A stretch of DNA of 64,000 bases from Vicugna vicugna (lineage: Eukaryota). The translations under genes and the position numbers were made by a program. The notes under the pieces are model-generated. The model made no database searches. It was not told where the DNA came from and was given only the letters and a program-made list of their open reading frames with translations. Numbering within the stretch: position 1 is the stretch's first letter; each line of letters opens with the position of its first letter. The stretch spans positions 744,001 through 808,000 of the forward strand of contig MU059781.1 of the NCBI GenBank assembly GCA_013265495.1, given 5' to 3'. Shown here one piece after another: positions 37,491 through 49,475 of this stretch.

Positions 37491-37610
37491 CCCAGCTATA
37501 CAGAGCTGCTGCATTGCACAACCCCACCAACATGGTGCAGCCAGTCATATAAAATGCAATGTGAGCGATGTCCCCTAGAGTTGTTCAGTCAACAGCCATG
37601 CCAGCCATGG
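37490..37610. mobile_element. MER91B-like hAT-Tip100 MITE
   Basis: tatacag...ttgcacaacccc...gcaatgtga...cccctagagttgttcag...cagccatgg has the quasi-palindromic MER91 layout. Confidence 0.6.
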
Positions 37611-37659
37611 TCTGACACACCATACTTTCTCTGTCATATTAGCCATCAGTATTAGTTTG

Positions 37660-38215
37660 GAAGTTTTTATTTTTTTTCTGGCAACAGAAGAGTAGGTGGT
37701 TCAGAACAATCCTCTCTCTGATCGTAAGAAACATGTGAAAAGAAACATCAGTTTAAGGACACTGAAAAGTTACCAAGGCAGTGAGAAATCACACTGTCAA
37801 ATCTCAGAGAGGAGGGAAGCCTGTTCAAGGCTGCCTCTCCCTAGAAAGATGGTTCCCCATGTGTAGGCACTGAATAAGCATTAGTACCTGGTAAGTTGTT
37901 AGAAATGTAAATTCTTTGGCTCCACCCAGATCTACTGGATCTGACCCAGAAATCTGCTTTAACAAACCATCTGGTTGATTCTGATGTACCCTAGAGTCTG
38001 AGAACCATGGCCCTTCGGGCACCTGGAATCCTGAAAGCACAGCTGAGAGACTGAGAAGCTGAGCAGGAATTGTGGCAGTCTCCAGGGTCTGGGGGGGTCA
38101 AAGCTTGGAGTTCAAGGCCTGCCTAGTAAGCACCCAGGAAATTAGCTGGATGCTGTAAGGACCACACCCAAGAAGTAAAAGTGAACTGAAAATATTGAGC
38201 CTTCACAGGGAGTTC
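37660..38215 (+). mobile_element. Old L1M (L1M4/L1MD-like) 5' region fragment
   Basis: gagaagctgagcagga...ttggagttcaaggcctgcc...accacaccc...aagtaaaagtgaactgaaaat. Confidence 0.55.
37849..38008. mobile_element. MER5A MITE nested in the L1M 5' fragment
   Basis: Termini atggttc...gaaccat. Internal ttgttagaaatgtaaattc...ccacccagatctactg...gttgattctgatgta. Confidence 0.85.
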
Positions 38216-38389
38216 TTATCATATCCACTTCTGATAAGATGAAGGATCTGCAATTGCTAGTGCCCTTAACTTAGCCCCTTTCTGGTAGCAATGGCCAGTC
38301 TTCTCTGGAGGAAGAAAACATCATCCAGTGTCTCAAATTTTCTCTATTGAACACTCAGTCAAAAATAAGTGAGCCCTGGCTTCCATCTT

Positions 38390-38690
38390 GCTCCTAACAT
38401 CACTCACCCTGGGAAGGCAGCTGCCATGTCAGAGGGCTCTCAAGCAACCCTCTCGAGAGTCCCCACGCTCGGAAACCGAGTCCTTGGCCTTCTACCAACA
38501 GCCATGTGAGTGCGTCAACTTGGAAGGGGATCCTGCAGTTCCAGTCCAGCCTTGAGATGCTACAGCTCTAGGTGACACCGTGAGTAGAAGCTCGCGGGAA
38601 CTCCCTAACTAGAACCACCCAGCTAAGCCGTCCCTCAATGTCTGACTCACAGAAATTGTGTGATAATGAGCATTAATTGTGTAAAAAACA
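38390..38690 (+). mobile_element. MaLR LTR (MLT1F/E-like)
   Basis: cagctgccatgtc...ccaacagccatgtgagtg...ttggaaggggatcct...agaaccacccagctaagc...cacagaaattgtgtgataat. Confidence 0.85.
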
Positions 38691-38919
38691 TTGAGTACTC
38701 AATAAAAAATGACTGGGCATACAAGAAGATAAGACCTAACATACAACCAAGATTTTTCTAAGTGGGCAATATAAACAAATCCATAGGTGATGGAGTATTT
38801 AGGGAGAATATTAAAATAACTGTGCTTCATTTTTCAAGAAATTATTACTGTTTCACTGTAAGTTCATGGCCATCCACCTCAAATGGGTCACGAATACTGT
38901 TCAACAATGCATGCGTCCA

Positions 38920-40637
38920 CACCTGTGCACTGGTCAACTCAATCTCTTACTTTCCATGACTGTACAGATCTCTACTCTCCTCCCGCACTCAGAGCTTCTC
39001 CTTTGTTTTCAGCCTGTGAGCTCACCCACTTCACAGAAGACATCGAGGACATCCAACAAGCATGCACTGGCCTTCTGGTCTACAAACCTACATCCATGCT
39101 TCCTTCCCCCCTTTTTAAGATAGAAGAGCTATTCATCCTCCCACCTATAAAGTCAATTCTTTGGCTACACTTTGCCTCCTGTCCCCTCCCATCTCCTTAG
39201 GAAACTCACACTTACAATTAAGTCTCTTTCTTTGAGATATTCAGGCTCTTCTCAAGCAAGCCCTTCTCATTGGACTTGTTAAATCATCTTAAATCACATT
39301 AAAATGCTCTTCAACTTCTGTTCTACCTCTCTTTCCTTCCCTTCACACTCAAATTTCTAGAAGAATTTGTCCTAAACTTACTGTTTCCTCTTCTAAACAC
39401 CTTTCACTCAGTACTCAACACACTCCAACAGGGTTTCTGTCCCATCACTCCCATGATAACACCCTTGTTAAAGTCTCAGTGACTAAATTCAGTGAATGAA
39501 CGCTTTTCAGCTCTCTTCTATCCCATCTTGGCAATATTTCACAGAGTTGAACACAACTCTCTTCTTTAAGCCTTTCCTCCCAGCATGCACGATATTCTCC
39601 TGGTTTTCTTCCTACCTGTGTAATTGCTTTTTCTTATTCTTTTCAGGCTCGCATCCCTTTGTCTGACTATTAAATGTCAGTTTTCTGCAGATCTTGGTCT
39701 TTGTCTGATTTTTATATAAACTTTCCCCAGATAAGCTCTTCCAAGCTTACAGCTTCAATTATCATGTATACATGGCTTGTTTGCTTATTTATTTATCTCT
39801 AGCCCAGACTACCTATGTGCATTCAAGACCCACACGTTCAGTTGCCTACTGGACCTCCTTGTCTGTGTCTAAGAGGCCTGATCTTAGGCTCAATGGGTCC
39901 AAAACCAAAACTCATCATCTTTCTTCTTAAGTAAGGTCTTCTCCAATAGCTTTTTCTTTCAGTAAATGCCACCCTCCCCATCCATCCTGTTATACCAGCT
40001 CTTAGGTATTATTCTTAATGTCTTCTTCACGCTCATTCTACCCATAACTAAGTTTAGCCTTCTAAATAGTCTAAATATTTGTTCAGTTATCTCCTTCTGT
40101 CTATCACTGCCTAGTCCAAGCTACCATCATTTGTCTGACTTCCTGCCAGGTTGCTTTCCTATTATTCTTAAGATAAAGACCAAATTCCTTACTTAATGTG
40201 GCTTTCAAGGTTCTGAATGACTTTTCCCCTATCCATCTCTCCAACCTTATCTACATTATCTCTTTATGTCATTCTCCTCAATCCACCCTGGACTTTTAAA
40301 ATTCCCTTGTACTTGCAATACTCTCTCCCATCACAGGGCTTTCACATGTGCTTAGAATATTCTTTCTCACTCCCTTCAACTAGTTAATGATAATTCATTC
40401 CTCAGACTGATTATTGCTTCCTCAGAGAAGCTTTTGTTGATCTCCTCTGTTAAATCACATCCCTATAGTATCTGTTTTTATGGAAAGCAACTTTCCCTCT
40501 CTTTAGTAGCACTCAGAACAGTCTGATTTTATATTTGGTTTTTTATTATAAATCATGTCTATTTTTGATGACCACTATATATTCAACACATGTTTATAGC
40601 ATACATAATAGATAATAAAGATTCACTGAATGACTAA
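38920..40637 (+). mobile_element. Long (~1.7 kb) degenerate L2 LINE, ORF2 3' part to tail
   Basis: Pyrimidine-rich L2 motifs (cacttcacagaaga, ctcctggttttcttcctacct, atcactgcctagtccaagctaccatcat), ending ...aataaagattcactgaatga. Confidence 0.85.
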
Positions 40638-40644
40638 TCAGATA

Positions 40645-40680
40645 AGTAGTAGTAGTAGTAGTAGTTGTTGTTGTTATTAT
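40645..40680. repeat. Compound trinucleotide repeat (AGT)n(TGT)n(TAT)n
   Basis: Read directly, at the L2 tail. Confidence 0.9.
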
Positions 40681-41621
40681 TCCAAAAACGAGAAGATTGG
40701 TTTTTCTGACACTCAAGTAAGAACCATCCCAGGAGAATTCCATATCATGGCTTTAAGTCAGCATTCAAAGTTACAAATTAATAATAAACTTCTTTTCCTT
40801 CCTACGTTGAAAACAAGTTGAGAAGTAGACACAGGAGAGAGACTTATGAAGATCAAAACATCAACTTAATTACTAAAAAAGCCAAATTAGAGAGCCATGC
40901 TCCACTATTGGCCACAACTGGGTTTCTAATACATCCCCTTGGATTTGAACTTGTGTATTCCAACTGCTGGCATCACTTATGCAGGGGTAGATCAAGACCC
41001 CTGAAGCTGACTACATGGGTTAGCAGAGGTATTTACATCCAGAGGTCAAGCTGCTCCACTAGACACTGAGAAGTCAGGGAGAGGCTAAGTGGAGTATGCC
41101 TGGAACTTTCTCTCAAAGTTTCTTATTAGGTAACTCACACTTTTCATGGAAAGGAAAGAGTAAGAGTGGGAAGAAAGGCGGAAATATTGCTTTGGCTGAA
41201 GCTCTCTCAAAGGAATGGAGTTTTCACTAACAAATGGAGAAAATCAATATGTAAATGTTAGTGGGACCTTATTATAGCTAAAATTTTGGTTATTTAAGAA
41301 AGTGAGTCAAAGACCTTTTTTTCCTGGCACTAACCAGGAAATTAATGCATTCTTTCTATTATTTCCTTTGTTTTTCTTGCTCAATTGTCCTATTATTTAA
41401 TGAATTATTATGGTTATGAATTAACAGTTTAAAGTTTGTTATTGAAAGGGTTTATTTCTCTGATGCACTTAGTTGCAAACACATACGATGTTCATTTCCT
41501 GAAAGTCTCTTTTATAATGAAATATGACAACATCTGCTCCTGAACTGGTTCAAAGCATTTGATTAGATATACAATGTTCAAGCATTGTTTAGGGCTCTGG
41601 AAATACAAATATGGTTGTGAA

Positions 41622-42172
41622 GTTAGAAATGCTTTCAGCTGCAAGTAATAGAATAGCCAAGTAACAGTGGCATAACTATTAAAGACATTTAATTATCTCA
41701 CATGTAGGAAGTTGAGATGTAGTTGCATGTTGATATAGTGATTCAACAAAGACGCTAACATCCAACTTCTTCCTGTCCTTCTGTTTACCATAGTCAGTGT
41801 GTTGACTTTTCACCCTCAGTCTTGTTGCCTCACTGGTTGCAAAATGGTCAGTATGGGTCCAAAACATCCTAATGATATTCAAGGTGGGTACAGGTGAAAG
41901 GTTCAACATCAATGCACTTTCTCTTCAAGCACTATGCCTTTTATCAGGAAACAAATCCTTTCTCAAAGACACCTGGCATACTTACCAGTATAGTGCCCCA
42001 TGGCCACTCCTGGCTGTAAGAGAAGCTGAAAAATGGGATTGAGTGTTCTGATTATCTCGGATTTAAGATTAAAGCACTATGACTGGGCATGTTACTATAC
42101 TGAATAAAATAGGCATCTTACCAGTAAAAAAAGAAGGGAGACATTGGATGGACAACTAACAATATCCACCAT
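41622..42172 (-). mobile_element. MaLR LTR (MLT1J/K-like)
   Basis: atgctttcagctgcaagtaatagaa...ttatctcacat...gcaaaatgg...ccttttatcagga...ggctgtaagagaagctg...gaagggagacattggatggacaac. Confidence 0.8.
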
Positions 42173-43599
42173 AGTACGTCTGACTCAAACCCATCCCTGA
42201 AATTGTTCACTAGACTAAAAAGCATCACAAATTCTGCTGCAGACAATAAATAGCAGAAATGGTAGAGCCAAGTCTTAGAGCCATAAGTAACAAGCTCATC
42301 TAGCATTTGCTCAAACTTCTGAGAAGGTTTCAGGGTAATAAGGACTATAGAATATCTGAGAGTAGAGAGAAGAGATTGCTGAGGAAGGCAAGATTGGCCA
42401 AGGAGTCTACATGATTGAAGGAGGCTTCAACGACAGATTGAGTAGGAGATCTAGAGAGGTAGAGTGGAGAAGTCCAAGCACAGATCAGAGCAGAGAATCA
42501 GAGATAGAACTGCGTATGGAGCTGCTTAGTGGGGGAAACGAATCCCCATGGGGGAATAAAGGGGAAAAGAGGCACAGCACTAAAGGTGGAGGATGGGAAT
42601 GCCTGGCTGCCATTCTCGAGTTTATTTGTTAGGTAGAGAGGAGCCCCACACAGTTTCATTAGCAGAGCAACAAGATGATGAAAGCAGTATTTTAGAGAGA
42701 TTAATTTGGTGGTAGGGAACAGAATAGATTAGAGGGAGAGAGACAAGTTGAGAGGCTCTTGCAAGGTCCATGAGGTATTGGGAGCCTCAATGAGTGCATT
42801 ATCATTAGCTGTAAAAATGGAGCAGAAAAGGTGGGTATAAGAGACAATTTAACCTCATTTAGGGATATCCCCTTATAAGTGGAAGTAACCAAACATTTAA
42901 TCACCATGCTCCCCATTTCAAGCGCTCACCTGAAAAAAAAAAGTTAATTTTAAATAATGAAGGGAACCATCAGGGGGTTTGGCCAATAGTAATTTTTTAA
43001 TTCTCAAATCATTTGCTCTTCCAGTTAGTTACTCATGGCCTGGTTTCACAGAAATGGGCTGCAGGCATTCCAGGAAATGAAACGTTATTACAGAAAGAGC
43101 CCAGACTCCTCAAATTTCACTACTCAAAGGGATCTGTGTTCTCCCTTCCATGAGGAGGCATTTCCCAGGGGGGAGGGAAAGGGAGCAGGCAAAGGCCTTC
43201 CCCAGGTGGCCAGCATGGATCTGAAGAGAAATCACAGCTTGCACAGAAGCTGAAAGCCTCACATTTCTCCCTGTCCTTGGTGCCACCCCGAAAAATCCTG
43301 AGAAAGTATAGCCCTTTCAACTGAAGATTCTAGGGGTGGTTAATGCCCAAAGACACACAGCAGAATCACCACTTCCAGAAAGCCGATCACCTGCAAGGGA
43401 TTGTGAGTTGGAATTTCTGTTACTTGCAGCCAAAAGCGTTCCTGACACAAGAGCCTTTGCTCTCCTTCTCCCACTGAATGCACACCGCAGCTCAAGGGGA
43501 CCTGGAGTAGAGGGCACTCCCCAGAGAGATGCTGATTAAATGCATAAATGAATTCATTACAGGCAACTTCATCATTCCTGTCCCTGGGTAGTAAGTAAA

Positions 43600-43815
43600 T
43601 CATGGGCTCTGGAGCCAGATTGCTGCCTTCAGGTTGTCACTCTGCCACTTACCAGCTCAGTAACCTGAGGCTTCTCTATGCCAGAGTCTCCTCATCTGCA
43701 AAATAGTAACAGATTCTACTCCAAAGATATGTTTTAAGGACTCATGAGATCACGACTATGAAGTGCTTACTTTGATGCCTGCTACAGGGTTAGCACCCAA
43801 TAAATGTTAAGCACT
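43600..43815 (+). mobile_element. MIR SINE, near full length
   Basis: gggctctggagccaga...ctctgccacttaccagct...ctcctcatctgcaaaatag...caataaatgttaag. Confidence 0.85.
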
Positions 43816-44465
43816 GTATTTTTTGCAGATGAGGAAACAGTAATCTAAGAAGGCTACAGAATTGGCTCAAGGTCACACAGATAAACGCTGTGCATGCTTA
43901 TTTTCACAGACATGTCTTTTCTGAGCAGAGTGTCAACAAGTCAGCAAATCTTTAAGTGTCCATGAGGTTGAGTTGTGAACTAAACGTTTAGAATTTATGC
44001 TCAAGGATGGGCATAGCTCTTACTTTAGTGGAATTTACTATTTGGCAGGGATGTTTAGTTTTTCATGGTCAGCCTGGCTGCACACAAGGCCGGCCTTACA
44101 GATAAAAGAGACAGAAGCCTCTGTGGCCCTAGGAAGGCCACTCTTAGCAACGCACATCAATTGGCAGCAGGGATAAAGTTAACGCAACTGCTTTATATTG
44201 GCCTGAATCTTGTCTTCCTAGAGAATGGATTTGCTAGAGCTATCCATCTTTCTCTTTCCTCCTCTGCAATTCATCTGCAGGAAAAATAGTTCCCCCTTAG
44301 GCCTTTAACTGATGACTGAAAAGTCTCCAGCCAATACTAGTCCCATGAGTGTAGCATTGCTTCTTAAAAACACCTAGAATCTTTAAAACTGCAAAAAAAA
44401 AAAAAAATCCCTGGGAAAGAAAATGTCTGATGTCAATGACATATATTTTTAATAAATAAATTTTT

Positions 44466-44507
44466 ATACGTATATATATACACAAGTGTGTGTGTGTGTG
44501 TATGTGT
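44466..44507. repeat. (TA)n/(TG)n microsatellite
   Basis: Read directly. Confidence 0.85.
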
Positions 44508-46354
44508 TTTACTTTTATGTCAAGTGAATTTCGTTGAATAGAGGAGTGATGTCTCCCTCCTGGGTAGCTAAGATAGTTTGGTCCTTAGGACGAAGGCAGC
44601 ACTAACAGGAGCAAAAGGAAGAAGGAGGAGGCAGGAAGGGTGCCATGATACCCTGGAGGCCTGGCCTGCACTCCCCTTTCTCACCGTGGAACTCGAGCCT
44701 TTGCCTGTCTCTCCAAGCCTTCACTTTGCTCTACAGCTGCCACCATGCTCTGCCCATTGGGCCACACACCACACAGCCAAGTGGCAGAGCAGGATACATT
44801 CTTCCCAGGAGCCCTCTTCCCCACAAACCTAAACACAAGCACAGGCCCCCTTCACCTGAAAAGTTCTACAAATCACTCAGTGGAAACATACAGGGGTATC
44901 CAAACATTCACTATGTGGGGATATCATAAAAGTCTCAGAACTTTGTAAGATGTTTACAGGCTATGGATCCCAATCTTTCCCTGATTTTGTTTCTGGAGAA
45001 TGATCTCATCAACTAAATCTTCTCCTTCTGACCCCACGTTGGTGCGTCCCCTCCCCCTCATCAAAGAAGCCAGTCTAAGGGCAAAGGCAGCCCTGCCTTG
45101 TGGTCCCAGAGAAAATTTGCCTTCTGAGTATCTGCAGAATGACAACCCCTGAACCACTGTTTTTCCTGGAATGTTTGTCCCTCGGACATTTCCTCAATAG
45201 ATACATCCTGGCAGGCTGGCTGCAGGAACCCCAAACATAGTCCTGATAAGTTCATTCACAGGCAGTTTCCCATGACTTTAAAAATGTTTAAAAATATTAC
45301 CATAAAATATCTTCCTTCCCAAAAGAAATTCTTTAATTTTTTTTTAAAATTCTCTACCAGTAAACTTTCTTTACAGGTGGGCTGGCTTGAGGGAAAGGTT
45401 GGTAGGGGCCTAGGGACCAGCATGACTGGCGATCTATTCCAATGCAAAGACTAGTGCTCATGGTTGCCTCCAAGAGACATAAAATGCCTGCCTGCCAGCC
45501 CCATCTAAGTGGATTTTACCAAAGGGCAACTCACCAAACAGCCTGACTGGAGAAAAAGAGGCACTGTGGAGACATAGGCGAAGCACCTGTTCCCACCTTT
45601 GGGAAAGCAATCACCTGGTTGGCCGCGGAGATGTGATACATGCCAACCCTTCCTGTCAATGGCTACGCCGGGGTCGGAAACATGAGCTGCCACTGAGCCT
45701 GCCTCCAGGTTGCCAAATGCCTGCACCTGACAAGCAACCGGGGGCGAGTCCTTCCAACAGCCAGCCAGAGCAAAAAGGAGAGACTGCATTTGAGAACAAG
45801 CCCTGGCCAGGTTAGCCCTTTGAAACAAGAACCTGGGAAATCACTCCTGCCTGTGAGAGACAGAAAGACAGATTTCTGGGCCCACAGGCTCTGCTGTGGG
45901 GTCTAAAGTTCTCCTACCATTGTGATTCTGCAATACCTCTGCCAGCATTGGAAAGAATTACATTTGAGAAAAATGGGCACAATAAAATCAGAATGTGTGC
46001 CTTTAAGGAAGAGTCCCCCAGATAAGGGTTGCTAAAGTTCCAAATATATAGCCCATAAAACAGAAGATATTTGTACTGTGGCTGAGGTTCAACATTGATC
46101 ACCACTAAATGATCATCACTAACAAATCAACATGTGACATTCGCCAGAAGGCCTATTGGATGTTAAAAGAAATTCAAAAATCCCAGGAAACAGTCCCTTG
46201 ATGAGCCAACAGTTTAATTTAGAGTGTCACTCACAGGAAATAGACAATAGCATTATTAAAATTGCAATAATGAAGCAACTTGTGATTCATTCACATTTCA
46301 CATTAGATGCCCCCCTCCTTCAAACTAATGTTAACTACTATCAGGAAAATGTAC

Positions 46355-46850
46355 AATAATAACCATTTATTGAGCATTTTCAGTGTGCCAGGGCACAATG
46401 CCATGAGCTTTAAAAGCATTCTGTGACTTAACTCTAATAGTGAACACAAATAAAACTTTCTATGTGCCAGACATTGTTGTACACATTTTATATTTATTAC
46501 CTTATTTCTCACAAAAACCCCATGAGGTAAGTACTATTATTATCATCACATTTTACAGATAAGTAAACTGAGGCACAGTGAGGTTAAACAATTTGCCCAG
46601 GGTTATATGTCTAATTAAGAGGCAGGGCAAAAATTCAACACTCATGCAGTCTGTTCCAAAGTTCATGCTCTCAACTCTTGCCTCATAATTGTATCTTCAG
46701 GATAACCTCCATGAAATATATGTTGCAATTATTCTCTTTTATAAGCAAGGAAATTGAGGTTTAGAATGATTAAGTAATTTCTCTAATTGCACAGCCAGGA
46801 AGTGGCAGAGCCTGGAGCAGAACTCAGGCCTTTTTGGCACCAAAGCCTAG
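46355..46850 (-). mobile_element. Cluster of two to three same-orientation MIR SINEs
   Basis: catttattgagca, ccccatgaggtaagtactatta...ttttacagataagtaaactgaggcaca, and a further ggaaattgagg...ggaagtggcagagcc. Confidence 0.85.
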
Positions 46851-47504
46851 GGGCCATAGTTTTATGTTATTTCTTGTGTCCATTGTGGTTCACTGGCTGT
46901 AAGTATATAATCATTCTTCCTCCTTGGATATCAGGTCAATATATCTGAATGGCTGTTGGGTGCTAGGCACTGTGCTGCCAAAAATTAGATGGCCCCTCCC
47001 TTCAAGGGCCTTACGCTTTAGTTGCAGAAGTGTTGATGCTGAAGCTGTCATTCAAGTTTAAGGAGAGGCTGAAAGAATGACCTCTTCCGTATGGTCTTTG
47101 TCACCCACAAAGACTCCTTGTGTTTGGTGGGTGTAAAGAAAAACATCGATAGTGTCCCTTACTCAATTGAAAGTATCTCTCATAATGATGCTAGCTACCA
47201 AAGTCTCTAAGTATCTCATGTTGCTTGAAGCTACTGGGAACATATTTCTGTGGTGGTCTCACTTCCTCTGCCCATTCTGAGCGATGGTCCTTCCACGTCT
47301 CCCCACTCTGGACTTTATGGTTATGGCTGCTACAGGCCCTCTAGTTGTGCTGAGTAAAGCATCACTTCTAGAAGTGCCCGTGGTCAAGGACCTCAACAAC
47401 AGTACTGAGGGACACTGACAAAACATCTAAGGACACCAGTAGCGTCTCCTTTGTAACCTCAAGAATAACCTTCCTGAATCTGCCACTTACGGGCCACGTG
47501 ATCT

Positions 47505-47656
47505 CTGGTTACTCAATTTCTGTGTGTTTCAGTGTCCTCTCGTATCATGTGGATAACCATAGGATCTTTCACCAGAGTTTTTGTGAAGATTAAATAAGCT
47601 AATACATGAAAAGCACTTAAAACAGTGCCTGGAAGGTTGATGCTCAATAGATGTTG
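47505..47656 (+). mobile_element. MIR SINE 3' half
   Basis: gtgaagattaaataagctaatacatgaaaagcacttaaaacagtgcctgg...ctcaatagatgttg. Confidence 0.85.
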
Positions 47657-47793
47657 NNNNNNNNNNNNNNNNNNNNNNNNNNNNNNNNNNNNNNNNNNNN
47701 NNNNNNNNNNNNNNNNNNNNNNNNNNNNNNNNNNNNNNNNNNNNNNNNNNNNNNNNNNNNNNNNNNNNNNNNNNNNNNNNNNNNNNNNNNNNN
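47657..47793. other. Masked (N) block, 137 bp, directly after a MIR tail
   Basis: N-run. Confidence 0.95.
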
Positions 47794-48979
47794 TTCTAGG
47801 AGTCTCCTTTTTCTTAAGAGTTGATAATACACTGGTAGGTCTGTCTTTCAAGTGGAGAAAGAACATGCTGGTCCTCCTTATTGTCATCAACTTTTAGCAA
47901 ATTCGAGCAGATTTCAATTTTTAAAAATTCTTGTATTCTTCATTGTCTAAGTAATCATTGGTCTGAATAGAATTTGGACTTTATTTCACAACACCTCAGT
48001 AGTGTAAATGGGTCTAAAAGGACTCCTGAACTGCAGAATTTGTTTTGTGTAAGTACAATCTTTAACAAGAGAGAGAGAGAGAAACACGAGCTTGCCAAAA
48101 GCAAAATAATAAAATAAATGGTTTGTCTTTCATTTAAAACTCTAGATTCCCAGGAATCTTCTGAAATCAAGAAAAAATTGGGTTGAGAAGGTGTGTTACT
48201 GTTGGCATTGTTGAGTGTGTTGATGCATTTTGGAGATGATCAGAAAAGGTTAAAGTCACTCAGTAGCATCTGTCAATCTGTTCAAGTGTGAGCAAGTGTT
48301 CAAAATTAGCAGCTATCCAGTTTTGAATTAGATATTTGTCCTTGATCCTCTCACTAAAGTCTTTGGCTCTGGTCACACCGTTTTTCCTGAAAAGCCTCTG
48401 GTTCTTTTTGACCTGCACTGACTTTAACTATTACTTCACCCCCCGTGACTCCAGGCTGTGTTCTACACCACAACCCCGTTGTTTCACATCAAGAAAAATG
48501 TTCTCTACTGTCACAACCTGTGGTACGACAGAAGCTGAATATCATCTTGATATGATAGCACCTGATAAAGCTGCCATTAACATGTGTCAATACTAGAAAA
48601 GTAGCAAATGCATGATGGTTGTGGTTCTTCTGCTTTCTAAGTTAATTGACTGGCGTGAAGGATGACAATATTGGACTGCAAATCAAAAGGAGGTATCTCT
48701 AAGAGGTAACAGCACAGCTGATAACAGGGAAGCTCAAAGGGAAATAAAGGACAAACCTCCAGGTCAGAATGAGCCTTACTGAGTGCAACTCAGCGAAGAA
48801 ACCAAAGACAGAAAGGAGGGAGAGAAGAAGAAAGAATCATTTATCGATAGCTCAGTAACAGATTAGCCCAGGATTTAGTGACTTAAAAGAACAGATTTGG
48901 AACTACTGTGTGGCTAGTGATTATGCACTTACATGACACTGAGAGTGTGCGTCTTCTTAAATTTGGTGCCCTAAGCTTG

Positions 48980-49475
48980 CCTCACTCTCAACTTGGCTCT
49001 CAAACACAGCAAAAAAATATCGATAATCTCTCACAGTTTCACTGGAAGAAGCTCAAGCTAGATGGCTTTAGCTCAGGGTCTCTCATGAAGTTTCAGCCAA
49101 GATGTCAGTTGGAATTGCAGTTATCTGAAGGCTTGACTGGGGCTGGAAGAGCTGCTTCCACAGTGGCTCACTCCCACTGCTGGCAGGTTGGCGATGGCCG
49201 TTGGCAGGAGGCCTCCTTAATCTCCACGTGGGCTTCTCCATAAGCTGCTTGGATGACCTCAGGGCACGGCAGCCAACGTCTCCCTAGACCAAGTGAGTCA
49301 AGAAGAAGGAAGGTGGGAGCCACAAGGTCCTTCATCACCTCCACTCAGAAATTGCACACCATCATTTCCACCATATTCTATTGGTCTCACAGACCAACCC
49401 TGATGCAATGTAGGAGGGGATTACACAAAGGTTTGAATAATGGATTGCTGGCAGCCATTTTGAAGGCTGCCTACT
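48980..49475 (-). mobile_element. MaLR LTR (MLT1F/E-like)
   Basis: atctctcacagtttc...ggtctctcatga...ccaagatgtcagttgg...atctgaaggcttgactggggctgga...ggcagccattttgaaggctgcctac. Confidence 0.88.
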
